From positions 16,184,001-16,248,000 of the forward strand of contig CM075990.1 in NCBI GenBank assembly GCA_038087875.1: 64,000 nucleotides of DNA, written 5' to 3'. The position numbers were made by a program, and so were the translations under genes. Numbering within the stretch: the first letter of the stretch is position 1; each line of letters starts with the position of its first letter. Of this stretch, positions 48,622-61,783 are shown piece by piece. The notes under the pieces were generated by a model. That model was not told where the DNA came from. It was given only the letters and a program-made list of their open reading frames with translations, and did no database searches. The DNA comes from Malacoraja senta. Lineage: Eukaryota.

Positions 48622-51600
48622 TGAGACTACTGTAGAATGTTCAGTTCAGACCATTGCAGCAAGCCAGAAAAAGAGGCTTTTGTTCCATTAAGCTGGACTC
48701 ATTTTACAAGAAAGACAAGAGCAGATTAACTCCTGTTTAAAATCCTGAAGATTAAACTCCATCTATTTCAACAGCAGGTAACCCACTTTTAAAATCTATT
48801 TCTAAATGCAATTTGCTGTACGTATGCTAATTTATGTCAAGGTTTGGCTAATAATTGCAAATTAAATGAAGTCATTGGAAAGAATATCTACAAGATATTT
48901 GAATAGAATTACATTATTGTATGTAGTTCAAAAGGAGGCCGTTCACAAACAGGCCATTTGATGCAATTAGCCCATGTCTGTGTTAATGCTTTATTGTACC
49001 CCTCATCTATGTGTAGGAAAGAACTGCAGTTGCTGGTTTAAATCGAAAATAGACACAAAATGCTGGAATAACTCAGCGGGACAGGCAGCATCTCTGGAGA
49101 GAAGGAATGGGTGACGCTTCGGTCTGAAGAAGGGTTTCGACCCGAAACGTAGCCCTCATCTAAAAATATATTCTCTTCTCCTTCACATTCTTGACCAGCC
49201 TCCTCTTAAATGCATCTATACTACTCACATCAGTCGTTTTCTGCTTTAATCAGTTTGATTTTAATTTTATGGTTAATCGGGTAATTTTTATTCAATTAAT
49301 ATTAGTTTCTAATACTTTTTAAGGTAGCAATAAAATATCATTGAGCGGCTACTTTTCTGTGGTCTCTTGGGCAGCTTGGATGAATCTTGGTCTGCATGGA
49401 TAATTTCGGCCAAAGAGCCTGTTTCCATGCTGTATTAGAGTCGCTTGCCTCTACAGCACTGGAGGCCCGGGTTCAATCCTGACCACGGGTGCTGCTGTAT
49501 GAACTTTGTACGTTCTCCCTGTGGCCACGTGGGGTTTTTCTGGGTGGTCAGGTTTCTTACCACATTCCAAAGATGTAAAGGTGTATAGGTTAATTGGCTT
49601 TGGTAAAGATTGTCAATTGTCCCTTGTGTGTAGGATGGTGCAAGTGTACAGGGATCGCTGGTTGGCGCAGACTCGGTGGATCAAAGGGCCTGTTTCTGCA
49701 CTGTATCTAAACTAAACTAAGTTAAACACGATGACTATGAAGTGGGAGTGCTTGGTATCATGTATAAGAAGTATAACTATATTTCGGAGGCAGAAAAGTG
49801 AGAACGTGGTAAAGATAGGTCATCTGTAAGTAGAAATTTTGCATTACAAAAGGAAAGGGAGAAAAGGAAGTGACCAGAAAATATTGTTACATAAATAGTA
49901 AAGCAGAATTCCATGAAGATCTGCTTCCAGGGTGTTAACGCAAGATGATACAAAGGGATTTTGTAACATGTTTCCTTTGCTTCACAGTAGAACCCTGCAG
50001 TGAATTATACTGCTTCATTCAAACATTGTCACACAAGATGCAACGCATTTTTTGTCTCCCTACAACACACCTGCAATTAGTATAAGAACAGACCAAACTA
50101 ACTAAACATTGCAGCTAACCTACCAATAAGATGGCTCACGTTATATTAAGCACCTTCAGCCACTGTATCCAAGGACTGAAACCTAGAACAAATGCCAGAG
50201 GCACAGTGCATGGAATTTTAATCCGGATATAGCCTAGATTTTAGCTGGATCAATTAGATGACCCTGTGTAAGCAGCTTTCCTCTCCTTTCCTCTCAATAT
50301 GCTCCTCTCATTTAAAATTATCATCTTCCATTTGATGGAAATTGATTTTAGCTAGACTATACTTGTTTTATTCATTATTTTTTTGAGATGTGGACATTGC
50401 TGCCGTTTAATATCCTTGATGAGACACGGCCATTTTAAGGAATAATTCCAGTCCTTCAGGTGAAGTCAGCTCCACAATACTGTTAGGTATTCCACTGAGG
50501 CTGCCAGGATTTATTTCCAGTGATAAAGAAAGAACGACAAGATATTTCCAAATCAGTACGGTGCAGAAGTGGGAGAAACTACAATGTTCTAAAACTGTTG
50601 GTTCTGGGGACTGACAAATTCTGTTGCATTTCCAATGATCTTAAAAGAAACGGCTGGTAAGATAGTTGATGGATTGATTTTAGTTTGCCAAGATTCCTGA
50701 GATTAAGATGTCTGAAGAAAGGTCCTGACCTATAGTATCACCTACATTGTTCTCCAGAGATGCTGCCTGACCTGTTGAGTCACTCCAGCACTTTGTATCT
50801 TTTGTTTCTAACAAACATTCTTGTAGCTATTGTCCTTACTGAGGTGAGATAGATACGTCAGAGTTGCCCAGGGGAGTGACTACAGTGTTTCCTACGAGTG
50901 GCATACACAGCAACCAATCAATAACGGTGATGGAAAACATGAATATCTAGGGTGCCAATTAACTTGGCTGTTTGTCTTGGATGCTGTTGAGTTTTTCTTC
51001 ATCTCGAGAATTTGGGAAAACCAAAATCAATGCGTCAACTATCTTACCAGCCATTTTTAACACCCTTGGCAGTACATCAGAGTTTGTCAGCCGCCAGCTC
51101 CAACCATTTGTTGTGTACTACTTCGCCTAAGATTGCAATATTCTCCACTTCCTGCCTCCCTTCCAACTCATGATTGGTGACTATGAGATACTCTATGACT
51201 TGTAATCCACATAGTGAAGCCCATTGTAAAATATCTGTCTAATTCATCTGCCATCTCTTTATTTTCCATGATCAATTCCCCACACTAACTTTCCAAAGGA
51301 CTAAGGCCACGTTTATGTTTTTGATCATCTGTAGAAACTTACCGTCTGGTTTTAAATTTATGACTAACTTAATCTCATACTGTCATTCTTTGCTTGTTAA
51401 ACTTTTGATCATTTTTGCTGTTTTTGTATTATTATGATTACCAGAATTAGATCTAATTCAGATTAGATTGAGATCTAACTATTCCTTTGGTTTCTGTTTC
51501 ATTCACAAGAAGAAGACCTGAATTACTATGTCCACACTTAACTTGAAACTACCCAAGTATGTCTATCACAGCATATAACAGCATCTTCCCACTATCAAGT

Positions 51601-52590
51601 ACATTGGGGCCTGTCAGTTCTGGGACTAATATCACATTTGAAAGCATTGTGTAGGAAGGAACTGCAGAAGTTAGTTTACACTGAAGATAGACACAAAATG
51701 CTGGAGTAACTCAGCGGGACAGGCAGCATCCCTGGAGAGAAGGAATGGGTGATGTTTCAGGTCGAGACCCTTCTTCAGACAGAGCTGAATAGAAATACAA
51801 TAGAAAGCATTGTTGAGAAACTCAGCCATTAACACTGCTTCACAATTTATTGCAAAGGTTTTTATTTCTATATATAATATGTAACATCACATCAAAATAC
51901 ATATAAGATCTTAAGGTGCAGATTGAATTCTACCCTTGTTATAATTCCCTCTATGTGAGATACAGGATATCAACAGGAATTTAATTTTAATTTCCCACCT
52001 GTATGCCCATCATTGGACATGGCATAAACCCACTAACTGTACAATACAATACAATACAATACAATACAATAATACTTTATTAGCCAAGTGTGTTTTGCAA
52101 CATACGAGCAATTTCATTTGCCAAGTCAGTCATACAAATAAAAAGCAACGGAACACATTTTAACATAAACATCCACCACAGTGACTCCTCCACATTCCTC
52201 ACTGCGATGGAAGGCAAAAATAAAAGTTCAAATCTCTTCCATATTGTGAACAGTAGTGGAATATATACTAGGCTTTTAGTGCTAAACATGAAATATCCAC
52301 GAATCATTAAGTCAGAAGATGGACACAAAAAGCTGGAATAACTCAGCGGGACAGGCAACATCTCTGGAGAGAAGGAATGGGTGACGTTTCGGGTCGAGAC
52401 CCTTCTTCAGACTTCATTAAGCCAGTGTTGTTTAGCAATCACAAGAAGACACAAAGTGCACCTCTGGAGAATATGGACAGGTGACGTTTTGGGTCTGAGT
52501 TGAGTTACTCCAGCACTTTGTGTTTTTTTCTTTAAACCAGCGTCTGCGGTTCCTTGTGCCTACATTATCTATATTAATAATCAGTTGGTC

Positions 52591-53399
52591 CTAATACAAT
52601 TCATCGCTGGTTTTGAGTTCAGCTTTGGCCTTGTGGGTTTTATCATCTGACTTTTTGCGCCTCCTCTTGTCTTCTTTGGAGGCTCTGTTGCAGAGTTCCG
52701 CATCGCTCCCCATCTGCAGGCTGTCGAAGGTGACGTTCTGAGCCGCCTTCCTCAGCGCCTTGTCACCTCGCCTCGGTCGCCGACAGGCCTTGGCACATTT
52801 GTCAAAGCAGCAGCTGAAGCGGGTGTCAGTGGTGCAGGCGTACATGCCAGCGGGTACCGCCAACACCATGGCGCAAGCAATGACGATGATGTGGATCAGC
52901 TTCTCCCTCTGCTCCATTTCACTGACATCGGTGCCTGTCACAAATACAATGCACTGCCCTCTCGAGGGAGATTGGTTCCTCAGTGCCACACACACTTTGT
53001 ACTTTGTTGCTGGGTACAGCTCATTAATGGAGTAAGTATTCACCCCCGGTGCTATGTAAATCTTTTCCGTGCTGGGATCATCGAACTTGCCAAAGTGCAG
53101 CGTGTACCAGGTCTCAGATGGGTTCAGCGTTACTGCATGCCACTTCAATACTATCCCGTACACCATCTGCTTTGCAATGCTGACATCTATATAAACATTC
53201 TCCTCCCCGGGTGATGATGGGGGCAGATACGAGGGCATGGGTAAAGTTACTGAAGTCAAGGTTTTCACCAGGATCTGTACAGACGAGTTTCCCAGATAGT
53301 TGGCAGCACAGCAAATATAAACTCCTCCATCAGTCCCCTGTGCTGAAGGAACGACCAGCTCCGAATTCACAGTTTCTTCATCAACACTTGTGTGTTTCA
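52591..53399 (-). CDS. LRIT2: LRIT2 exon 3 (Ig C-terminal half, FN3, TM, tail)
   Basis: acag|TG; DGGVYICCAANYLG, FN3 (PATKYKVCV), REKLIHIIVIACAMVLAVPAGMY transmembrane segment; stop at 52591. Confidence 0.93.
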
Positions 53400-53461
53400 C
53401 TGTAATTAATGGAAAGAATTGGTTAAGTAATGGAATGATTAAGGGGGAAAAAAATCGCATC

Positions 53462-53767
53462 TGAATCGAGGACCACAGGACATAGGTTCAAGGTGAAGGG
53501 GAAAAGATTTAATAGGAATCTGAGGGGTAACTTTTTCACACAAAAGGTGGTGGGTGTCTGGAACAAGCTGCCAGAGGAGGTAGTTGAGGCTGGGATTATC
53601 CTAACGTTTAAGAAACAGTTAGACAGGTACATGGATAGGACACGTTTGGAGGGATATGGACCAAGCGCAGGCAGGTGGGACTAGTGTAGCTGGGACATGT
53701 TGGCCGGTGTGGGCAAGTTGGGGGCAAAGGGCCTGTTTCTATACTCTATCACTCTATCACTCTATGA
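53462..53767 (+). mobile_element. CR1 3' fragment filling most of LRIT2 intron 2
   Basis: FFTQKVVGVWNKLPEEVVEAG...FKKQLDRYMD plus tail (CTCTAT)n. Confidence 0.85.
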
Positions 53768-53772
53768 CATAC

Positions 53773-54554
53773 CGTTAATTTTCCGAATGATCTTCACACC
53801 ACTTGTCCACCACACTGTGGGAGTAGGATTCCCTTTAGCTGTACAGGATAAATGTACTTTCTGTCCAAACGGAGCACTAACGTTCATGTTTTCAGATGTG
53901 ACTGATGGTTTGAAGCAACTCTTCAGTTCCACTTTGTAGAAAAAGACGCCTGCCCTGGAATCTGGTCCTGAACAGGTTAGGTAAGAGTTCATCAGAATAA
54001 TAGGGGGGCTGATGGATTTGAGGAAGTGTACAAAACCTTTAAGGCGACAGTCACAGAACCAGGGGTTGTCGTGGAGAGCCAGGAGAGCATTGGCGATACC
54101 ATCCCGTGGACCATCATTCTGTTGTGTTCTCTGATAGACCGTCCAATTTAAGAACACGTTTCCAGAAACCACAGTAAGCCTGTTGAACGATAAGTCCAGA
54201 TAGGTCAAGTTGGTCAGATACCTCAGTGCGCTCTCTGGAAGGGCATCCAATCGATTACGTTTTAAATCCAATATTTTCAAAGCTGGGCAGTCCTGGAAAG
54301 TTGTCCATGGGATTGAACGCAGTTTGTTTCCTTGTAGACGTAGCTCTGATAATTTGCCGAGCCCTTGCATGCATCTTGTATGCATGACTGTAATGTTATT
54401 AAAGTTCAGCCACAGGTATTCCAAGGTAGGGTTTGAAGAAAATGCACCTTGGGGCAATTCCGCCAGGTGTGAATTTTCTATCCTGATTTTTTTAACATCG
54501 GATGGGATGTTCCCTGGTATTCTTCGTAGAGCTGAGTTCATGCAAATCAAACTC
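53773..54554 (-). CDS. LRIT2: LRIT2 exon 2 (LRRs, LRRCT, Ig start)
   Basis: 782 nt, cag|G...AACG|gtatg; LxxLxLxxN repeats, LHDNPWFCDCRL, LSCTAKGNPTPTVWW. Confidence 0.93.
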
Positions 54555-54627
54555 CTGAGAAATAAAATGTATGCCTGTGATTTAATATACATATAAATAA
54601 ACACTGCTTTGCAAACATCAGTATTGT

Positions 54628-54633
<6 letters not shown>

Positions 54634-54660
<27 letters not shown>

Positions 54661-54699
54661 GCAATATTGATATCTACATTGTATATATGTATATATATG

Positions 54700-54796
<97 letters not shown>
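54634..54796. repeat. (TA)n/(TG)n microsatellite in LRIT2 intron 1
   Basis: Direct reading. Confidence 0.95.
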
Positions 54797-54798
<2 letters not shown>

Positions 54799-55175
54799 TT
54801 ATACATTAAGCTGGATCATACACTATGCATACATCAATATTGCAATTGAATAAATATAGCAATTTAAATAGGTTATATGTTAATCTAGTTTAGACTGCAT
54901 ATATATTAATATTGTATTTGGATATATAATACATTAATAAGCTAATGCACTGAATCTGGTTCTTAATTGTGTAGACAATAATATTGTATTAGAATCTATA
55001 GTACTTTGAATGTTTAATCGAGTTTCTAGACTGTGTATATGCCAATATTGCATTTGAATCTATATTATACCTTGTTTATTCATTAATGTAGGTCATGGAT
55101 TGCATATATATGTATTTGGCAATGTTCGACATGTATCAGAAGTACTTCATACAATTGAATAAATCCCACTCTCAC

Positions 55176-55282
55176 CTTCCAAAGCTGTCATTTCTGCAGG
55201 AACATTCTGTCACGCAGGATGCCATCGTTTCTCCAGCACAGCAGATAAGGAGAAGACAGAAAACATTCCACATCACGTCCAT
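55176..55282 (-). CDS. LRIT2: LRIT2 exon 1 (signal peptide, LRRNT); full CDS 1698 nt = 565 aa
   Basis: MDVMWNVFCLLLICCAGETMASCVTECSCRNDSFG-AG|gtgag; phase fits exon 2; lies between CDHR1 and LRIT1 as in human. Confidence 0.9.
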
Positions 55283-55344
55283 ATTGACTTCTCTGCAGGC
55301 GAGGCATTAGTCACCACCGCGACTGAACATGTGTGGGTCCAGAA

Positions 55345-55455
55345 TTTGCGATTATCTTTAATCACATTAACAGTAATCTTATCTGATGCAGTCTTAGAAT
55401 CAACAGAAGGTAAGGTTGGTCAGAGTAGACGTTGAATTAGACCCTAATCTTCATT
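55345..55455 (-). promoter_or_regulatory. LRIT2 proximal promoter with clustered CRX/OTX-type TAATC sites
   Basis: GATTA 55350, TAATCA 55359, TAATCT 55374 and TAATCT 55445, all within 170 bp of the ATG. Confidence 0.5.
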
Positions 55456-56789
55456 CCAGTGAGAAAATAGCCCAAACTTGAATTCACTCTGAGTTTGTGC
55501 CATATATCAGTATATGGCGAATCTCTGAATTTGAAACAAAGTAATTTTAAAACAAAATTCAACATGATATATGATTTTAACAAGCCGCCTGACGCCAGAC
55601 AGTCTAAATACACATATCGTTTGTGGTCTGGTATGCAAATGGTTCTGCTAATATCAGATACATATCCTGCCTCAGATACAACATTGCCGTTAGTAAACAT
55701 CTACATGTGATATAAAAATGAATACAAAATTAGTGTTAATCAATGCATGAATCAGGTTCATAGACTGCATGCACACACATGTTGTATTCAACTTTAGATC
55801 ACAGGCAGATGTGACAAAGTTGCACCGAATTTGGATCTGAGTTTGAGTTTAGTTTATCGTTACATGTACCAAGGTACAATGAAAAGCTTTGGTTGTGTGC
55901 TAGCCAGTCAGCGGCAAGACAAGATTAGCAGAACTATTTTAATTTCATGCAATATAAGAAATGTGTGTTTAGACTATGTCTGATAACAGGCTGCCCTTAA
56001 ACTGCATGTTGGGGAAAATCTGGGCCATTGAAATGTTTATTTCGTCTGTGTTATAATCTAAACAGGAACTAAACAGGAGACAATTGTTCTGAGGTCTGAC
56101 TTGAATGGGCATGGCCAGGACAGGGTCCATGGGACTGCAGTTGATATGAAAAGGTCAAAGTGACTCTGAACTCTGTTCCAGTCGGGGAGATGGTTCAACA
56201 ATTTCCAGTCAAGTTTATCCAGGTTGCCTCATGGATGAAAATCACATAGCTTGAATATTAGATCCTCATCTGGATTCATACATCACAATTCTCAACTCGC
56301 TGTAGAATACATACAACATAGATACCAACACTGTGATCTGAAATACATTGTCATCCCTGCCCTTGTTTCTGGTAACGTTATTCTTGCTGCAATGCTGTTT
56401 CGACATTTACAGGTAGCATACTTGCATGAAATCACCTTTTATTCTTTCAGGTCGGAACAGGCATTTTGAGTTCCTTGCAACATAATGCAACTGGTATATC
56501 CCAACTCTTGACCTGAGGATCAGTAACGAAGAGGTTGCGCTGAGGAGACAGGGAGTCATATCAAGCAATAATTGTGTGAAAGGAAGTCCATGAGTGGGGT
56601 CCAAGAGTCTATGGAAAATGGTCATAACCGTAAAATGATGGTATCTTGGTACAGATAATGGTGGTGAAGTCAGCTTACTAATACTCAAAATCCACGGGCT
56701 AAAGGTTCAGTGTCATGTGTTCATATCACATGATTGCTGGGGATTTAAAGTTAAATAAACGTTTTGGAAAAGAAGGTAGTGACCATCAG

Positions 56790-57092
56790 CGGCCAGGTGG
56801 CGCAGCGGGAGAGTTGCTGCCTTACAGCGCTAGAGACCCGGGTTCGATCCTTCCTACGGGTGCTGTCTGTACGGAGTTTGTTCGTTCTGCGTGACCTGCG
56901 TGGGTTTTCTCCGGGATCTCCGGTTTCCTCCCACACTCCGGTTTGCAGGCCAATTGGCTTGGTATTAATGCAAATTGTCCCTGGTGTGTGTGGGGTAGTG
57001 TTAGTATGTGGGGATTGCTTGGTCGGTGCGGACTCGGTGGACCGAAGGGCCTGTTTCCGGCTGTATCTCTAAATTAAACTCAACTAAACTAA
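56790..57092 (+). mobile_element. HE1-like tRNA-derived SINE
   Basis: Same A box, B box and tail as the 42059 copy. Confidence 0.85.
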
Positions 57093-57360
57093 ATGATGGT
57101 ATGGTGGTAAAACCTCACTCTGGCTCTTTAGACAAGAAATGTAACTTCCCCACCCCCCAATTGGGCTGAATATGAGTCCAGAGCTCCATCTTGTGTCAAG
57201 CTTGTGTCCTAAAGGCCAAAGAAGCAACCCAGTTCAGGAGCAATTGGTGACAGACAATAAAAGTTGCTCTTTAACAATGATGTCCACATCCTGTGGATGA
57301 ATTCATCACAAAGCCTGAGCTAGTTGTTTTGAAGAGAAGCCCTGTTCTATTCTTTCTCCA

Positions 57361-57840
57361 AGGTAGACAAAAGTGCTGGAGAAACTCAGCGGGTGCGGCA
57401 GCATCTATGGAGCGAAGGAAATAGGCAACGTTTCGGGTCGAAACCCGTCTTCAGACTGATGCGGGGTGGGGGGGGGGGGCGGGAAGAAGAAAGGAAGAGG
57501 AGGAGCCAGAGGGCTGAGGGAGAGCTGGGAAGGGGTGGAGACAACAAGGGCTACCGGAAATTGGAGAAGTCAATGTTCAAGCCGCTGGGATGCCCTTGCT
57601 GTCTCCTCCCCTTCCCAGCTCTTCATCAGCCCTCTGGCTCCTCCTCTTCCTTTCTTCTTCCCATCCCCCCCCCCCCCCCCCCCGCCCCCCTCCCACCCTG
57701 CATCAGTCTGAAGAAGGGTTTCGGCCCGATATGTTGCCTATTTCCTTCGCTCCATAGATGCTGCCTCACCCGCTGAGTTTCTCCAGCACTTTTGTCTACC
57801 TTCGACTTTCCAGCATCTGCAGTTCCTTCTTGAACAAACA
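57361..57840. mobile_element. Inverted (fold-back) Penelope-like insertion retaining the endonuclease C-terminus
   Basis: About 190-bp inverted arms; spacer reads HPSGLNIDFSNFR* on the minus strand; 12-bp TSD ATTCTTTCTCCA at 57349 and 57841. Confidence 0.8.
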
Positions 57841-59434
57841 ATTCTTTCTCCATATCCCTATAATGTTTTTTTTCTCCTCCGTTTTTCTCAATTCCCCTTT
57901 GGAGGCTCTTGTTGACTCTGTGTCCAGCCTGTAGATGAAAAACATTGACCCACTGGTTCCACAATGCGGGTTTTCCTCAATTCTTTAATGTCTCTCCTTG
58001 TAATAATATACCTTTATATGCTGATCTTTGCCATTTCAAGAAATTTAGGGGAGAGAAGAAAGTGACAGTGATAAATGTTTAAAATGGTGCTTCAAACCAT
58101 TATAATTGTTTGGTTTAATATTCAAAGTTTGACCCTATGAAAACACTAATAAGCCATTCAATTACCTCAGACAAACACTCCTGACTTGTGAACGAACCAT
58201 ATCAGCTTTAAAACTCTCACTAAAGTTTCACATAAAACACTGACATACAGCAAAGGAGGTTGAACAGTGACATTACTGAGGTATATAAAATAATGAGAGG
58301 CAAGGACAGGGTACTGTGGACAGCCAGAGTCTGCTCCCCATAGCAGAGGTGTCTCAAATTAAAGGCCAGATGTTTAAAGTGAGAGGGACAAGGTTTAGTG
58401 GACCTGAGGGGGAAATTTTTCACACACAGAGTGATTGGTATCTAGGATACGCAGCTAGAAGAGGTGGGAGAGGAAAGAACAGTAGCAACATTTGAGAGAC
58501 ATCAAGACACGTACCTGAATGAGAAAGGCATTGAGGGATATGAAATTGATGCTGGCAAGTGGCATTAGTAGAGACAGGTGTGATGGTCAGCCTAGCTGTG
58601 GTAGGCCGAAGGGCCTGCTTCTGTATTGTGCAACTCCGGGACTCCAGGTTTAGAGCAATGTGTGATGTAGATCAGATATGCAGGTGGACAAAGCATAAAA
58701 AAGGAGCACTCATTGCATAAGATAAATGTTATTGGGCTGGGATGAGCATTTTGCAGAGTAAAGTTATGATTTCTTAATAACTGCAGCGAGTTTTCCTAAA
58801 TTTAGTCGTCAGCTTCCAGAGAATTAGATATAGCAGCCTGAATATTTCATCTTACATAAAAGTTCCCTTCATAAAACAAAACAAAATCACTGCTGTTAAG
58901 TTGAAAATAATCTCCCTGGTGTTTGAAAATTTATAACTGTCAATATTTATTGAGGAGCTTTGAGACAGGAACAAAGAAGTACTTTGAAACCTGTCATCTT
59001 TGGCTTTGGTAATACATTAAAATATATGAAGTAAAAGCTAGGAATGTTTACAGATAATGGATGTTAATGTTATACAAGGTCTACTTGCAAAGTACCAAAA
59101 AAAAAAACTGCTGGAAGAACTCAGCAAACCAGGCAGTATCTGTGGAGGGAAATAGATAGTCGACATTTTGGGTTGGAGCAGAATAGCACCTGGAGATAAG
59201 AAATTACCATTTTCTTCGGCAGTGATTGTCCGTGTCTCTTTGTGAGAAGCACCGATTGCCCTCCAAGATTTCCACAAAAGATAATAGCCCTGTCCCACGG
59301 TGCGAGTTCATTACAAGAGCTCTCCTGGGTTTAAAAAAAATCAAACTCGTGGTAAGCACGGAGAATGAACGGCTTTAAGGTCCCATGTAAAGGGATAGCC
59401 ATTAGTAGTGATATGGAAACTTGAATTTCACACA

Positions 59435-59550
59435 AAGTGCTGCGTAATATGCTGGTTGGCATCTGATGAAAGTCAGTACATGCCTCTCACCCAAGTGCTG
59501 CGTAATATGCTGGTTGGCATCTGATGAAAGTCAGTACATGCCTCTCACCC
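59435..59550. repeat. Perfect 58-bp tandem duplication
   Basis: AAGTGCTGCGTAATATGCTGGTTGGCATCTGATGAAAGTCAGTACATGCCTCTCACCC twice. Confidence 0.95.
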
Positions 59551-61783
59551 AGTTTATCCAAACGTCTTGTAATTTCTGATGTTCTTCTACTCTCTTACTA
59601 GTTTAGTTTAGGGATACAGCATGGAACAGGCCTTTCGGCCCACTGAGTTCGTGCTGACCAGCGATCCCCGCACATTAATGCTATACTATACACACGAGGG
59701 ACAATTTATAATGTTACCAAGCCATTTAACCTACAAACCTGTACGTCTTTGGAGTATGGGAGGATACCGGAGCACACAGAGAAAACCTACGCAGGTCACG
59801 GGGAGAACATACCAACACCGTACAGGCAAGCACCCGTAGACTGAATCGAACCCTGATCTCTGGCGCTGTAAGGCAGCAACTCTACCGCTGAGCCACCGTG
59901 CCACCCTACTCTCTTAATCATAAGAAAGACGTGAGATGTTTCCGTTTCACGTTGTATTGATGTTTAATGTATATGCATTATCTGAATCAATTTGTCATAC
60001 ATTGGTAAAAACACTTCAATTACATTGATGTGAGTGAGCTGGAAAACTTCTAAACCCCAGTTGAATGATCATTCAAGCCAAACACCTCCCCACTAATTGA
60101 GCCAATATATAATATCATTTTCAGTTGAAAATGCAGCAATTAATAGTTTATCCAAATGGATACTAGTTCTGTCCAAAGTGTCTTAAGATCTAGGACGCAA
60201 CTACTTGCAAGGCAATTAACAAAAAAGATCAGCCTGAAGAAGGGTCTCGACCCGAAACGCCACCCATACCTTCTCTCCAGAGATGCTGCCTGTCCCGCTG
60301 AGTTACTCCAGCATTTTGTGTCTATCTTCAGTTTTAACAAAAATGAAGCACAATGTTGAAGTTGATTAGAAGGAGCATGGGTTTCCTCTGGATGTATCGG
60401 TTTCCTCCCACATCCCCAAGACGTGCGGGATTGTGGGTTAATTGGACTCTGTAAATTGTCCCTTGTGTGTAGGCAGTGGATGCAAAGGTGGGATAGCATA
60501 GAACTAGTTAGAACGGCTGTTTGTTGATCGGTGTGGACTCGATAGGCTGAAGGATCTGTTTCCAAGCTGTATCTATAAACTAAACTTAATTAAGTGCCCA
60601 AAGCATCAACAGAATTATTTTAACAAGATTTGGAAAAATAAAGAAAAATGGTCCAATATGAGATTTGCCATTATACAGGAAATCTACCACTGTCTACTCT
60701 CTCTCTTCTGTTGAATACTCTTCCACTTTAAACCATTTGAAAGAAGCACTGGGAGTGGGATCACATAAGAATGTAAATAGAGTCCTGGTCTAATCTCCCA
60801 TCTGATGCAAGGCTCATCAAACACTGCAACACCACAATGATACTGCACTCGAATATTGTCTTCAAATCTCTGAAGCTGGACTTGCATATGTATCTGAGAA
60901 AGCCACCAATATCAAAGAGATTGAACTCCCCTCGATGGTCAATGGCATTAACATCACCAAACCTCCGATCTTCAACAATGCACAAGCCAGCAGTTTAGAG
61001 TCATACAGCACGGAAACAGGCCCTTCGATCCAACTTGCCCATGCCGACCGAGATTCCCCACCTATCGTAGTCCCACTTACCCACGGTTTGTCCCATATCC
61101 GTCTAAACCTTTCCTATCCATGTACTTGTCAGGTTGCGAGCAACACCACATCATTCAAGACGGTTGATGACATCCAGTAGAAGATGGTAGTAAAACTTCA
61201 TCCCCGCCACTTTAAGCACTCATTCACAACCTGTACATTGCGGATGTAGTGTGCACTAACTATAAGGAGTTCTACTCACCAAAGCTTCTTATACCCTTGG
61301 CCTCATCACCTAAAAGAACAAGAGTGGCCAGGGAATTGAAACAGCAATGTCTGCATGTTCCCCTCCAAGTCATACACAACCTTGACTCGGAAATATGTTG
61401 CCCTCGTTCCTTATAACTGGGATCAACATTCTGGAATTCCTTACCCTACAACACGTTAATGCATGGAACACCATGATCCAAGACCACCATCTTCATAAGA
61501 TGCAATTTGTAGTTGGTAATGAGCAATAAATATTGCTCTGCCATCAACTTTTGCAACCTCTGAAAGAATAACTGGTGACTTTTGCCGAAATAAATCCCAA
61601 CAATAGATTTATAGTATGACTATAAAAATATTTGGATTTTTGGTTGATCTATTGATGTGTTGGGAAATTATGACCGGCTTGCATCACATTATCCTGTGGC
61701 CAAGCTCAAATGGGGAGATCCTCATCTTTAAAAATGTATTTCTCTTCCATAATGTTCTCATCCTCCACGTGAATATGACTCAA

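Noticed and set aside
54609..54849. Cys/Val-rich ORFs (also 3576-3872)
   Set aside because: Translations of (TG)n microsatellites.
59462..59550. Hammerhead in the 58-bp tandem duplication (CTGATGA present)
   Set aside because: No stem II followed by GAAA; most likely a simple local duplication.
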